Assembly: GCA_964016885.1 (NCBI GenBank)
Contig: OZ024744.1
Span: 25,854,001-25,918,000 of the forward strand
DNA: 64,000 nucleotides
Reading direction: 5' to 3'
DNA from: Eledone cirrhosa
Taxonomy: Eukaryota
Below, one piece after another: positions 27,001-39,942 of the stretch (the first letter of the stretch is position 1; each line of letters starts with the position of its first letter). Under the pieces are notes generated by a model. That model was not told the DNA's origin. It worked only from the letters and a program-made list of their open reading frames with translations, and did no database searches. Made by a program: the position numbers and the translations under genes.

Positions 27001-27419
27001 CTGATGTCAGCACTGGGTGGCTGATGTCAGCACAGGGTGGCTGATGTCAGCACTGGGTGGCTGATGTCAGCACTGGGTGGCTGATGTCAGCACTGGGTGG
27101 CTGATGTCCTGATGTCCGCACTGGGTGGCTGATGTCAGCACTGGGTGGCTGATGTCAGCACTGGGTGGCTGATGTCCTGATGTCCGCACTGGGTGGCTGA
27201 TGTCAGCACTGGGTGGCTGATGTCAGCACTGGGTGGCTGATGTCAGCACTGGGTGGCTAATGTCCGCACTGGGTGGCTGATGTCAGCACTGGGTGGCTAA
27301 TGTCAGCACTGGGTGGCTGATGTCAGCACTGGGTGGCTGATGTCAGCACTGGGTGGCTGATGTCAGCACTGGGTGGCTGATGTCAGCACTGGGTGGCTGA
27401 TGTCAGCACTCGGTGGCTA
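24077..27419. repeat. 20-bp minisatellite array (GCACTGGGTGGCTGATGTCA), about 160 units, with 28-bp variant units
   Basis: Direct inspection; variants GCCCAGGG, GGTTGG, CTAATG, and an extra CTGATGTC octamer. Confidence 0.98.
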
Positions 27420-27447
27420 AAGAAGAAACCATTAACATTATTAGTGG

Positions 27448-27632
27448 ATTGGCAGTAATCTGTTGAGGGTAGAGTGCCATACTTTGCAGTATAGAGTTAC
27501 GTCCCTTTATGGTCTGAGTTCAAATCGCGCTGAGGTTAACATTGCCTTTCATCCTTAAGTGGTCGATAAAATAAAGTACCACTAATACACTGGAGTAATT
27601 GCTGGCCTCGTCCCATAAGCAGAAACAATTAT
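27448..27632 (+). mobile_element. tRNA-derived SINE family 1
   Basis: GAGTTCAAATCGCGCTGAGGTTAAC core and AGAAACAATTATT tail. Confidence 0.88.
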
Positions 27633-27699
27633 TTTTGGGGAATTTTCATTTTTAATATCATATACATGTGTGGATACGTATATGTATGTATGTGTGTGT

Positions 27700-27745
<46 letters not shown>

Positions 27746-28203
27746 ATAATAATAAATGTGAAGACTAAAATCCAAAGAGGGCTCGATAAGGATAAATATA
27801 TATCAAATATATAAGAACCGTAGAGCAAATATTTATTAAAATAACAGATTAAAGTTTAAGCAAAGAATCGCTGCTTTCACCCTTAACGGGATCTTCTGAA
27901 ACTAATTTATATATATATAGATGTAAAGATATATGTGTGTGTATATATATATATATGAATATATGTAATAAATATATATGTGCAAACGAAAAGACGCCTT
28001 ACACACACACGTATGTTTGTGTATGTGTGTGTAAGTATGAATGTATATATGTATATATGTATGTGTATGTATGTATCTATATATGTATGCAACCCCAAGT
28101 TTACTTGGTGAGGAGGGTGATTTTGGACACCTTACAGAACATCCTTAAATGTGTAAATATGTATATACATGTATGCATGTGTATATACGTATATATATAT
28201 ATA

Positions 28204-28570
28204 TATAGAAAAAGAGATGAAATCGAAAATGCAACTGGAGTCTTATTTTTTTAAAAAATATATATATTTATTTGGTTCCTTTACCGGTTTCGCAGTTCTT
28301 CTGCTTTTCAAAAGGTAATTTGAGATGGAGGGTTTGTGGTTTTTCTCACATCTGATGTGAAAAAAAACACAGACCCTCCATCTCAACTCACCTTTTAAAA
28401 AGCAGAAGAACTGCGAAACCGGTAAAAGAACCAAATAAATATATATATTTTTAAAAAAAATAAGACTCCAGTTGCATTTTCGATTTCATCTCTTTTTCTT
28501 TATACTTTCACTCGTGTAGGACACCTCGGTTATTTTTCATTTTGTAAAAAAAAACTCACTTTCTAATACA
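28204..28570. mobile_element. Fold-back element, ~150-bp arms centred at 28353, related to the 3' end of the Neptune-like PLE
   Basis: Arms 28204-28352 / 28354-28502 are near-perfect reverse complements; 28270-28355 aligns with 54604-54695. Confidence 0.85.
28278..28315 (-). ncRNA. Minimal type I HHR with U3-A8 core
   Basis: Minus strand CCTT-TTGAAAA-GCAG-aagaa-CTGC-GAAA-CCGG-TA-AAGG; the mirror copy at 28391-28428 has G5->A. Confidence 0.8.
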
Positions 28571-28571
28571 C

Positions 28572-28640
<69 letters not shown>

Positions 28641-28643
<3 letters not shown>

Positions 28644-29012
28644 GATATTAAATAAATGGAAACTATATTTATAAAACCATATTTATTTCATTATATATAT
28701 TTCAGGGATATCATATTAAAAATATGGTATGCCTTCATCAGACAAAATACAATATAAACAGTCTTATAAATAGATAGATTTGACATACCTTACAACTTCA
28801 ACTTCCATTTAAAAAGTTGATTTGGTACCAAATCAACTTTTTAAATGGAAGTTGAAGTTGTAAGGTATGTCAAATCTATCTATTTATAAGACTGTTTATA
28901 TTGTATTTTGTCTGATGAAGGCATACCATATTTTTAATATGATATCCCTGAAATATATATAATGAAATAAATATGGTTTTATAAATATAGTTTCCATTTA
29001 TTTAATATCGTA
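28641..29012. repeat. 372-bp palindrome with no spacer, centred on GGTACC
   Basis: 186-bp arms read as exact reverse complements by eye; embedded between (TA)n tracts. Confidence 0.93.
28904..28969 (+). ncRNA. Type I HHR (mirror copy on minus strand at 28684-28749)
   Basis: TATTTTGT-CTGATGA-AGG...CATATT/AATATG...CCT-GAAA-TATATA-TA-ATGAAATA; AUA triplet. Confidence 0.8.
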
Positions 29013-29095
29013 AATATACTCCAAATACTTGTTGAGTGCTTTTATATCAGTTATAAATATTTACTCGTTGTAACCTAACAATTTAAATAAAACTT

Positions 29096-29227
<132 letters not shown>

Positions 29228-29287
29228 CATATGTATATATTCTTCTAGGAGAAGGAAACTCAAGAAACTGGGATGACTCCGGATAGA

Positions 29288-29492
29288 GCTTTGGTCCCCT
29301 CGTTTCCTAGAGCACGTATTTTGCTTCGGACAACGTAGCCTTCGTGCTTCGCGTCAAAGAACTGGCCCATGGCCGTTCTCGATGCTAGCACTCTGGCCAC
29401 GTCGCAGCTTCTAATTGCCTCTTCTACACTATCTACCAACTCTCTTTCCTTCCTATTTCCTTCCTATCTGAGGCTAACTCATTACTAAATCC
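29288..29492 (-). mobile_element. Isolated internal Tx1 ORF2 fragment
   Basis: Homologous to 9419-9617. Confidence 0.9.
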
Positions 29493-29764
29493 TCTCCTCA
29501 GTCTCTCCTCACTTTAAAAAAATATCTTCAGGCACAGGCATTGCACTATAGAATTAATTAATAATTATTAATAATGGTATATCGTGTAACGGCCATACTC
29601 GATAACGAGGGGCCAGCCATCATCATAAATGTATGTATGTACGGATGTCTGTATGTATATATGTACGTGTATGTGTGTGTGAGTGTTTGTATGTTTACTG
29701 TTAATACTAATGTGTTTTGTCAATCAGAATATCATCGTGTAAGTGGATGACAACAGTAGAAACT

Positions 29765-29895
29765 TCTGATTATTCTAATATCTCATATTCTAACATTCTA
29801 ATATTCCCTATATTCTAATATTCTAATATTCTCATACTCTATTATTCTAACATTCTTATATTCTAATATTGTAATATCCTCACATTCTAATATGG
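29765..29895. repeat. Degenerate 8-bp tandem repeat (TATTCTAA)
   Basis: Direct inspection. Confidence 0.85.
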
Positions 29896-29929
29896 ATATT
29901 TTTATAAAGAGGGTATATAGACCTTAGAT

Positions 29930-32582
29930 ATGTTTCTATTTATTGCCACGAGGGCGCAAAAGAAGGGTACACATACAAAGGGAGGAGTTTACACAAAAGA
30001 AGGAGTGAAAAAAAAAATAAAGTCCTCAATAGGGAGGAAGCGTTTTGGGGAGTCGCACACATCCCGAAAAGTGTGCAACCCTTCTCCTCAGTAGCACAGA
30101 GAGAGTGTGCTCCCTTGTTCTTCCAACTTTTTCACCTACAGGTTGATATAGAGGGAAGGCCCATTCACACGGGCCATTCTCACCACTTTCACCCACCTTT
30201 CATAAAACTGGCTGGGGTGCAGCACCCCTCTCTCCATCCTGATTCTTCTTCCGAAATGATATCGGAAGAAAAGGACCAGTTGTTGGCCAGAGAGAAAGGT
30301 GTCTGACCTCAGTCCTTTCAGACGCGTCCACCATACAACCTCTTTCACCATGGCTATTACGCACAGAAACACCGCCTCTCCTTCGTTTTTGAAGAGGGGA
30401 GGCGGCTTGATCGTTACAATAGTCTCGGTGGTCAACCGGATCGGTCCCACCCTTGACAGGAGTTGTTCGACATAGCCCCACAGATCCGCAATGCCCGAGC
30501 AGTGTACCAATGCGTGTGCAACGGTTTCCGCGTCGCACACGCATCTGGGACATATCTTTTTTGAGGGGTCCCTACCCGGGCGCCCGTGTCTGTAGAGCCT
30601 TTCTCGAACGGGCCGAGCCCCTCGTAGCACTGCCAGTTCAGGAACCCCTGGAAGTTATCCATAGGTCCCGGGCTGAATGTCCTACCGAACAGGTTGACCA
30701 GTTCGTTTTCCTCCATGCCTAGGGCTTCTCCAAGGGCGTCGTCGCACCTGCTAACCACCAGCCCTCTATAGAATGACGAGGTGGATTCTCCACAGACAGC
30801 CGGACCCGCCTGCCAGAGAGCCGTGAGCGCCTGGGCACACTCGGTGTGTCAGGCGCCCAGTTTTCTCGGGGTTTGCTTGACCCAGGATTGCAGCTCGGTG
30901 AGTGAGACGAATCTCGAAAGATTCGTCCCACAAACGGGGCCCACACCGGTTGAACGGTGAGGAATACCTGGAGGTGCCGTAGCCTTAATGCGTGTTTACG
31001 CATCAGCAGCCACGGCATCCCCAGCCCTCCTTTCGAAGGGTTTTGACAGCAGATGGATCTCTTCACCAAAGGGGCCCGCTTCTTCCAAAGGAATACGAAG
31101 AGTGCGCGCTCCATTTTGGTGAGCGTTTCCCTTGGGCAAGGCACTAAGGCCAGGTGGTAGTAGATGACGGACGCTATATAAGTGTTCGCCACCTCCGCCC
31201 AACCTTTCAGGGATAGTTTGCACTTGGCCCACTTCTGGGTTAGTGCAAACACCCTGTTCATTACCTCACCTCAGTTCTTCTCCACCTGGAGGTCTGGTCC
31301 GAACCAGACCCCGAGTATCTTCACCGGGCCCTCCGTCCAGCGCCCGACGACGCAATCTTCCCTCCACCTGCCGAGTTGCAACCCCATCGACCTGACCCGG
31401 TCCAGCTTAGCTCCTGTAATCCTTTCGTACTGCTCCAGTAATGTGCTGATCGCCTCGATTTCCGAGACGGTTGACACCATTACTGTTACGTCATCGGCCT
31501 AGGCCGACACCACTTTCCGCAATTCCGGTGCCAGCGGGATGCCCTGCAACAACTTCCGCAGCAGTGGCTCTAGAGTCATTACATACAGAAGGGAGGAGCG
31601 AGGGCACCTTTGTCGGATGGACCACGTGATTTCGAACGGCTACGCGAGTGATGGCTGCTGTGTATGGGAGTGATGCAGCCCCTGAAAACGGGTCCGAAAC
31701 CAGCCGCCGCTAGCACCGCATCCAGGTAACCATGGTCGACTCTATCGAACGCCTTAGATTGATCCAAGTTGATCAGGACCCCACCAAAGCCGGATTCGTT
31801 CCCAACCCTCTCTATAATGTATCGCATTAGGTGCAGGTTGTCGTGGATGGACCTGGACGGGACAGCACATGTCAGCGCATCTCCCACCAGGTTGCCTACG
31901 ACAAGCGCCAACCTTTTTGCTAACACCTTGGCCAAAATTTTTAACTCTGCATTTAGCAGAGTTATGGGCCTGAAATTACTTATTTCGTCCCCCTTGTTCT
32001 CGTCCTTCCTCACTAGTGAGACTACGCCCTTAGTCACAGAACAGGGAATTATCCCGTTCTGTTGCCAGTTGCAGTAGACCGCCTCGAGGAGATCGGGGAA
32101 CAAGTCCGGCATAGCTAGATATAGTTCGTATGGAAGACCATCGAGACCCGGGGATTTTTGTTTGCCGCATCGGCTCAGCACATCCTCTATCTCAGCAGCT
32201 GAAATCGGCCCCTCGTAGGACTTCGCCTCCTCGTCTGAAAGACGCGGCAAGCCGTCGAGGTATGGACCGTATTCCACATCTACATCCAGCCCCTGGCCCC
32301 TCCTGAAAAATCGGGTAACGTTGACGATCGCTCCCGTCAACCGCACCTTAACTAAAGTACTAATCCGGTCCCTGTACATTTTACTTGCCGGTAGGGACAA
32401 GGTCAGTTTCCAGTCACCGGGTCCCTGTCTATGGGTTCTATCAAGGTTAAGTATGCAGGTCACTAATTTGTGACCCGAATAGCCAACCATGAGCATCTTT
32501 AGACAGCTTAAAAGGTCCCTATGCTTATTTCTAACTAGGACCCAATCTAGGTACGACCTAGATGATCCGCTTAGATAGAAGA
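29930..32582 (-). mobile_element. Second Tx1-family LINE copy, 5'-truncated, with internal deletion
   Basis: Closely similar to 6840-9920; YADD mutated to *ADD; lacks the equivalent of about 9290-9665 at 32318. Confidence 0.95.
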
Positions 32583-32603
32583 TAAGTAGTTGAATGATAG
32601 AGG

Positions 32604-32632
32604 TAGTAGTAGTAGTAGTAGTAGTAGTAGTA

Positions 32633-32700
<68 letters not shown>
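32604..32700. repeat. (TAG)n microsatellite
   Basis: Direct inspection. Confidence 0.95.
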
Positions 32701-32704
<4 letters not shown>

Positions 32705-32996
32705 AAGAAGGTGGAGGGGAAGGATGTAAAAATGTAAAAAGCTATGTTATGGATATCAAAGGAAACCAAAGATAGAGATTGACATATGTGTATGTATTTA
32801 TTCATCACACATAGAGTGATAGACAGATATAGAGAGAGTGAGAGAGAGAGTGAGAGAGAGAGAGAGTGAGAGAGAGATAGTTACTGATAAATATGGTTGT
32901 GTGAAAGAAAAGAAAATGTAAGACAATATAAAAATATCAAAACAAATATAAAAACAAAAACAAACAATAAAACCCCGATTGCCCGAATAGGATATA

Positions 32997-34522
32997 AAAC
33001 ACACACACATACAGACGCATACACATACACACACACACATATATACACACATACATATACACACACATACACACACATACATATACACATACATACACAC
33101 ACATACACACACACACACATACACACGCATACACACACCCATACATATACACATACACACACACATACATACACACATACACACACATATACATACACAT
33201 ATACACACACATACACAAACATATACACATACACACACACATATACACACAAATATACACATACACACACATATACACATACACACACTCCAATACACAT
33301 ACACACACAGTCCAACACACTCCAATACACACACTCTCCAACACACACACACTCTCCAACACACACACACAGTCCAACACACTCCAATACACACACAGTC
33401 GAATACACACTCCAATACACACACATTCCAACACACACACACACTGTCCAACACACACGCACTCTCCAACACACACACACACTCTCCAACACACACGCAC
33501 ACTCTCCAACACACCCGCACTCTCCAACACACACACTCCAATACACACACACGCTCTCCAACACACACACACTCTCCAACACACACACCCCAACACACAC
33601 TCCAACACACACACTCTCCAACACGCACACACTCACCAACACACACACACTCTCCAACACACACACCCTCCAACATACACACATTCTCCAACACACACGC
33701 ATACACACCTACCCTCACGCATACCCACATACATGCACTGATACACAGACACATACAAACAATAATAATCCTAATAATAGTGATGAAGATGGTGATGATG
33801 ATGGTGGTGGTGGTGGTTATGGTGGTGGTGGTGATGATGGTGGTCGTGATGATGATGGTGGTGATGGTGGTGATGGTGGTGATGGTGGTGGTGGTGATGG
33901 TGGTGGTGGTGATGGTAGTGGTGGTGGTGGTGATGGTGATGGTGGTGGTGGTGAAGGTGGTGGTGGTGATGGCGGTGGTAGTGATGATGGTGATGGTGGT
34001 GGTGATGGTGGTGATGATGGTGGTGGTGGCGATGATGGTGATGGTGGTGGTGGCGATGATGGTGATGGTGATGGTGGTGAAGGTGATAGTGATGATGATG
34101 GTGGTGATGATGGTGGTGATGGTGATGATGGTGATGATGGTGATGATAATGATGATGGTGATGGTGATGGTGGTGGCGGCGATGATGGTGATGGTGGTGG
34201 TGATGATAATGGTGGTGATGGTGATGGTGGTGATGATGGTGGTGGTGATGGTGGTGGTGGTGGTGATGTTTATGGTGATGGTGGTGATGGTGATGATGAT
34301 AGTGATGGTGGTGGTGGTGGTGGTGATGGTGATGATGATAGTGATGGTGGTGGTGATGGTGATGGTGGTGATGATGGTGGTGGTGATGGTGATGGTGGTG
34401 ATAGTGATGGTGGTGGTGGTGGTGGTGGTGGTGGTGGTGATGGTGATGATGATAGTGATGGTGGTGGTGATGGTAATGATGGTGATGATGATAGTGATGG
34501 TGGTGGTGGTGATGATAATGAT
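32997..34522. repeat. Compound array: (CA/TA)n, CTCCAACACAC-type units, then (GGT/GAT)n
   Basis: Direct inspection; explains the 577- and 599-aa low-complexity ORFs. Confidence 0.95.
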
Positions 34523-34626
34523 ATAAAACAAAAGACAAGTGTGACTTGGAAGTTTTCTTCGGTTTTGCTTTGTTTTTGTTGTTTTTGTTGTTTTCTTTTC
34601 AATCGTAATAAATTGTTAGTGGTAGA

Positions 34627-34743
<117 letters not shown>

Positions 34744-34757
34744 TAGACAGAGATAGT

Positions 34758-34809
<52 letters not shown>

Positions 34810-35089
34810 GACTGATAAACAGAGATAGAGGGAGAGAGAGAGAGGGGGGTGATAGAGGTTTTTATTGTTTGAAATAACGTGTAAAATGAAAATGTGGTTA
34901 ATGTGGCTATATCCTGTGTCACTGCGCATGTGTTGTTAATGTGACGAAATTACATGATAGAGTGTTTAAGGGGTGGCAAGTAAGACAAGGTCATTTGATG
35001 GAGTGCGCATGTGTTAGTAATGAGTTGGGACAGTAAGATAGAAAGAGGGGGTGGGGTTGTGTGTGGTTTTGTGCTTGGTAGGTGGAGGT

Positions 35090-35400
35090 TATTAGTATTG
35101 CGGTTGGTTGGTGTGTGTGGTAATGTATGTATTATATTGAGTTGGTGTGTGTGTGTGTATATGTATGTGTGTATTATATTGCGGTTTGTGTGTGTGTATG
35201 TATGTGTGTATTATATTGCGGTTGGTGTGTGTGTGTGTATGTGTGTGTATGTATCTATGTATGTATTATATTGCGGTTGGTGTGTATGTGTGTATGTGTA
35301 TATTATATTGGCAGTGTATGTGTGTGTATTATATTGCGGTTGGTGTGTGTATGTGTGGAGAAGTGTGTGGCAGTATATGTGTGTGTATTATATTGATTAC
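35090..35400. repeat. Minisatellite: TATTATATTGCGGTTGG interleaved with (TG)n
   Basis: About 8 copies of the motif with variable TG spacers. Confidence 0.85.
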
Positions 35401-35698
35401 ATATAATGGGAAAGAATTGAACGAATGGAATGTTGGTATTTTGGACCGCAAGAAATACGACTATTGTGTTAAAAAAGCTTTGACAGACAGCCTCTGATAG
35501 AATTACCATTTATAACTATGCTTTCTTCTCTCTCTCTCTCCTCCCCACTCTCTCTCTCTCTCTTTCTCTCCGTCTCTCTCTTCCATTTTAAAAAGTAGAC
35601 ATTGCTATATACTGTGTGGCCTCACTTAAACGTAATTTTGCATTATATTATATTAATATTTAATTATTATAAAATTTCCATCCTTACTGGGCTACTTT

Positions 35699-35799
<101 letters not shown>

Positions 35800-35952
35800 T
35801 TATATATATATATATTTATATAATTATATATATTTATCATGACGGCTATGACAGTGAGTGTGTTCTGTTATTAATTCTGGCAATATTATTACAACAATAT
35901 GACCCTCCCCAAGTATAACAATATTTATATATATCTATATCTTATATATCAA

Positions 35953-36037
<85 letters not shown>

Positions 36038-36355
36038 CTCTATATATATACATGGTTTCGTGATTGTGTTTAGCTTTGTAAAATCCTTCGACATTTTCAG
36101 CTTGTCTTTCAATATAGTTAGAAACAAAACTTTATCTACTTTGTAACACTTTGCGTTTACTTGTATTGCTCTCATTTCCGTCTCTTTCTTTCTTTCTTTC
36201 TAATTTTCTTTATGTTTTTCGTTCTTTCATCCTTTCGTTATACCCCACCCCCACCGCTATTTCCCTTCATTCTCTCTGCTTCTCGTTGTCGTCATCATTC
36301 TCTTCAAATTCTTCCTTCATACCTCCCGCCTCATTGCCATTTTCCACTTCTCCTA

Positions 36356-36488
36356 TCTTCTTCTTCTTCTTCTTCTTCTTCTTCTTCTTCTTCTTCTTCT
36401 TCTTCTTCTTCTTCTTCTTCTTCTTCTTCTTCTTCTTCTTCTTCTTCTTCTTCTTCTTCTTCTTCTTCGTCTTCTTCTTCTTCTTCTT
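36356..36488. repeat. (TTC)n microsatellite
   Basis: Direct inspection. Confidence 0.97.
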
Positions 36489-37404
36489 GGACACCACAAG
36501 AAAGGGGTCTTAGTCGATCATGAGAGTTCAATAATAACTTCTTTTCAAGTTTACATCTTATTTACCGATCTCTTGTTGTCGAAGTGCTAGGTTACCGGGC
36601 GTAAACAAAAGCAAAATACAAAAACGTAAACCCTCATTCTCTTTTTCTGTCTCGCTCTAACTCTCTCTCACTCTCTCTCACACACACACACACACACATA
36701 CATACACATACACACACACACTCACACACACTCACACACACTCACACACATATACTCACACACACATGCACACACACACTGTCCGTATCTTAGCAATTCA
36801 ACAAATAGAAATCAATAAAATAAGTACCAAATTTATATATGCCAATTTATAGAATCGGCTAAAACCGTTTGAAGACTGTGTCCTAGAATAGCCTCTGTCC
36901 AATGACAGAAACCAGCCAAAGAATAAAATATATCCTCCAACCACGCTTTCGAATTTCTGTTTGTGCTTTTCTTTTAAACGGAGTACTTAAAAATGGACAT
37001 GGCTGACACTAAGGCATATTGTGTAAAAATAACTTTATCATTGCTAGAGATGTACCTAATTCTTTTACATTTTATTTATCACACCTTCACGACATCAACA
37101 CCCCGTACCATCATACCATCATTCAAACCATCTGGATTTGTTGTTATTACACAATGCTGGAGGAAAATGTAGAGATGCAGGATGTCACGGCAAGAACACC
37201 ATTGATCACAGATCTAACCAAACAGGTTTGAACTGGGGGATAAAAAAAAACAACAGTAACAACAAACAGAAGCTCATACAGAAGCGTTGTACCAAACGAT
37301 CATTTGCGAAACACTTGTTAAGCATGATGACAAATAAAATATGTTAAACTCACACTTCGATCTCTTATTCTTAATATAATAACTCTGCATGTTAAACGAT
37401 AACA

Positions 37405-37812
37405 CACAGATGTCAGTGTTAAGACACACTTTTAACGGTTCTATTCATTTTGAGCAAAGTTATTTTGAACGAAGTTAACTTTTAGCGAAGTCATTTTGAG
37501 CGAAGTTATTTTTAGCGAAAGATTAACGGCGAATAGTTATTCCAGCGAAGATTAATTTTAAGCGAAATATATAGCATGTTGCATTTAACAAATTTTATCT
37601 TTACCCATTTTGTAATAATTTCTTATTCACTTGTTGTGAAGGTGTAATTATTTGTACAAAAAATTGTAGATTACTAGTATATTTTTGTTTTGATTAACTT
37701 CGCTCAAAGTGTCTTTAAAAAATCAGTTTGAGGTTCACTCAGACTGACATCGCTTAATAGGCATCGGACAAAATGCACATAATTTTAACATTCGCTCAAA
37801 CGACTGGACACA
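37405..37812. mobile_element. Possible decayed MITE/fold-back DNA element with subterminal TTTGAGCGAAG repeats
   Basis: About 7 TT(TG)AGCGAA units at 37449-37567; inverted TTCGCTCAAA units at 37699 and 37791. Confidence 0.4.
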
Positions 37813-37935
37813 CTTTTAACACCACATATCTTCAACGAATATTTCTAAAACGGCTCGTTGTGTTTTGAGCGTTATTTAGCTACTATTTGTAACAGATCAA
37901 GCTATCGTAAGAAGGCTCCTTCCGTTACTCATAAA

Positions 37936-38460
37936 CTAGCAGATTTACCCGGCGTTGTCCAGGGTTTGAAATTATGCTAAGAATGTACAGCTAGGGAGTA
38001 AATTGAATGGAAAATCTCATAAGTATTTAGTTTTTATGGGTTTGCTGACACAGGCATGTGACTTAGAAGAAAATCGATGCTCGCTTAAGAGCCGTGTAGT
38101 GCAGAGAATAAACACCTACAATTTTGTCGCGAGTGACTAAAAAATGTGCAAGCTACAGCTGAAAAGTTGTAGGTCCCAACAGTTTGAATGGAAAGTCCCA
38201 TAAGGATTTTGTTTTGATTTATTTCTACCTTACATCATGCACTTTAGAAAAAATAATCTTGATATCGATTTTTTATTGCTCAAACTGGGTCGATTTGAAC
38301 ATTTTTTGTTATGTGACCATCTTAGCGACAGGTGCAACGTGCACAGAAAAATTGGTCAAATTCGGTTGGGAATTGTAAAAGCGTTAGCTGTCCAAAGTTG
38401 TCCACAGACACACACAGACTCACACACACAGAGACACTTCCTCCCTTTTATATATATAGA
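37936..38460 (-). mobile_element. Complete non-autonomous Helitron (525 bp)
   Basis: Minus strand starts A|TCTATATATATAAAAG and ends CCCTGGACAACGCCGGG-TAAATCTG-CTAG|T; AT target site. Confidence 0.85.
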
Positions 38461-38989
38461 TTTCGCAGATCTAGCATCCCTCCTTCATAGTCAGTCAAAG
38501 AACTGTTCAACCCAGAGTTGTATTCAATACATAATTACTTGTCCTAACTGGCTTTCATAGTTTTTCAACCTCTCACTCCTCCCCTCTAACGTATCTTCCT
38601 ACCTCTTTCCGCCACTCTTACTTACTCCGTCTCTCTCTTTCTGTTATTTTCTCTCCCTCTTTCTCTCTTTTTATATTTTATTTTCCCCATCTCTCTCTGT
38701 TTGTGTCATTTCTCCTCTCTTTCTCTTTCTCCCTCTCTCTCTCTGTCTCTTTTTCCCTCTCTTTATATTTCATCTGCCCCCCGCCTCTCTCTATTAATTA
38801 TGGCTTTCCGCTCTCACTCTTTTGTATCACTCCTATCTTTCTTTTTCTCTTTGTATCATAGCTCCCTCTTTCTCTCTCTTTGTATCTCATCTCCCTCTCT
38901 GTCTCTTTTTATACCATATCTCTTCTCTCTCTCTCCCTCTGTACCATATCTTCTCTCTCCCTCTCTCCCTGTACCATATCTCCTCTCTC

Positions 38990-39026
<37 letters not shown>

Positions 39027-39164
39027 CATATCTCCTCTCTCTCCGTCTGTACTATATCTCCTCTTTCTCCCTCTCTACCATATATTCTCTCTCTCTCGCT
39101 CGTTCTCTCACTCTCTCAGTGTTTCCTCTACCACTGATTCTGACCCCGGTGGTCTTTTATACTC

Positions 39165-39387
39165 TGTACACACACATCCTCGCTTTTATATATATAGATC
39201 ATTTTGCTATCGAATTTTTATTGCTGAACGTGGGTCGATTTGAAAAATTCTTGTGATGTGACCATCTTAGCGACAGGTGCAGCGTGCACAGAACATTTTT
39301 CGAAATTCGGTTGTGAATTGTAAAAGCCTTACCTGTCCAAAATTGTCCACACACACACACACACATCCTCGCTTTTATATATATAGA
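39165..39387 (-). mobile_element. Two tandem Helitron 5'-end modules of the same family
   Basis: 39209-39387 is similar to 38263-38460; CACACATCCTCGCTTTTATATATATAGA|T ends at 39198 and at 39387. Confidence 0.8.
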
Positions 39388-39942
39388 TGGTTAGCAGTTG
39401 TTTACGGATATGCTTTATTATTAAAGGCATTGCAGCCTTGACAATCCCGTTTCTCTCATTCTGAAAAGAACCCAGTGTCACAATAACCAACATGCCAGTT
39501 AATATCACAATAGAATGTGAATTAAGGAATATAAGGCTGCTCTTTCGAGCAGGTTAAACGTTTAGGGAGAGACCCTCTGGATGGCTCATATAACATTAGA
39601 CTTGTTATTTGTGTAGATTCTAGATTGAAATAGTTTTTCTCCAAGGATTTGATAAATTGGAATTGAATGTTGCACCAAACTTACTTCAAAACAATACAAG
39701 GCATTATTTCTATAGACGACTCGGTTTTCAGCAGATGGATTATAATCTATAGAATAGATGGAAAAAATAAACTTATTATATTGTATTATATTATGTATTA
39801 TAATATATGTTATGTTATATTATATTGTATTATATAATATAATATAATAAAATATAATATAATATTATATTATATTATATTATATTATATTATATTATAT
39901 TATACATTATGTTATATTATATTACATTATATTCTATTATAC

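Noticed and set aside
24077-27419. Possible CRISPR array or tandem hammerhead array (CTGATG in every unit)
   Set aside because: No unique spacers; units read CTGATGT, not CTGATGA, and contain no GAAA.
31579-32808. 409-aa ORF as an intact RT gene
   Set aside because: It starts in a (TAG)n microsatellite, spans an internal deletion and ends before motif 5, which is mutated to a stop.
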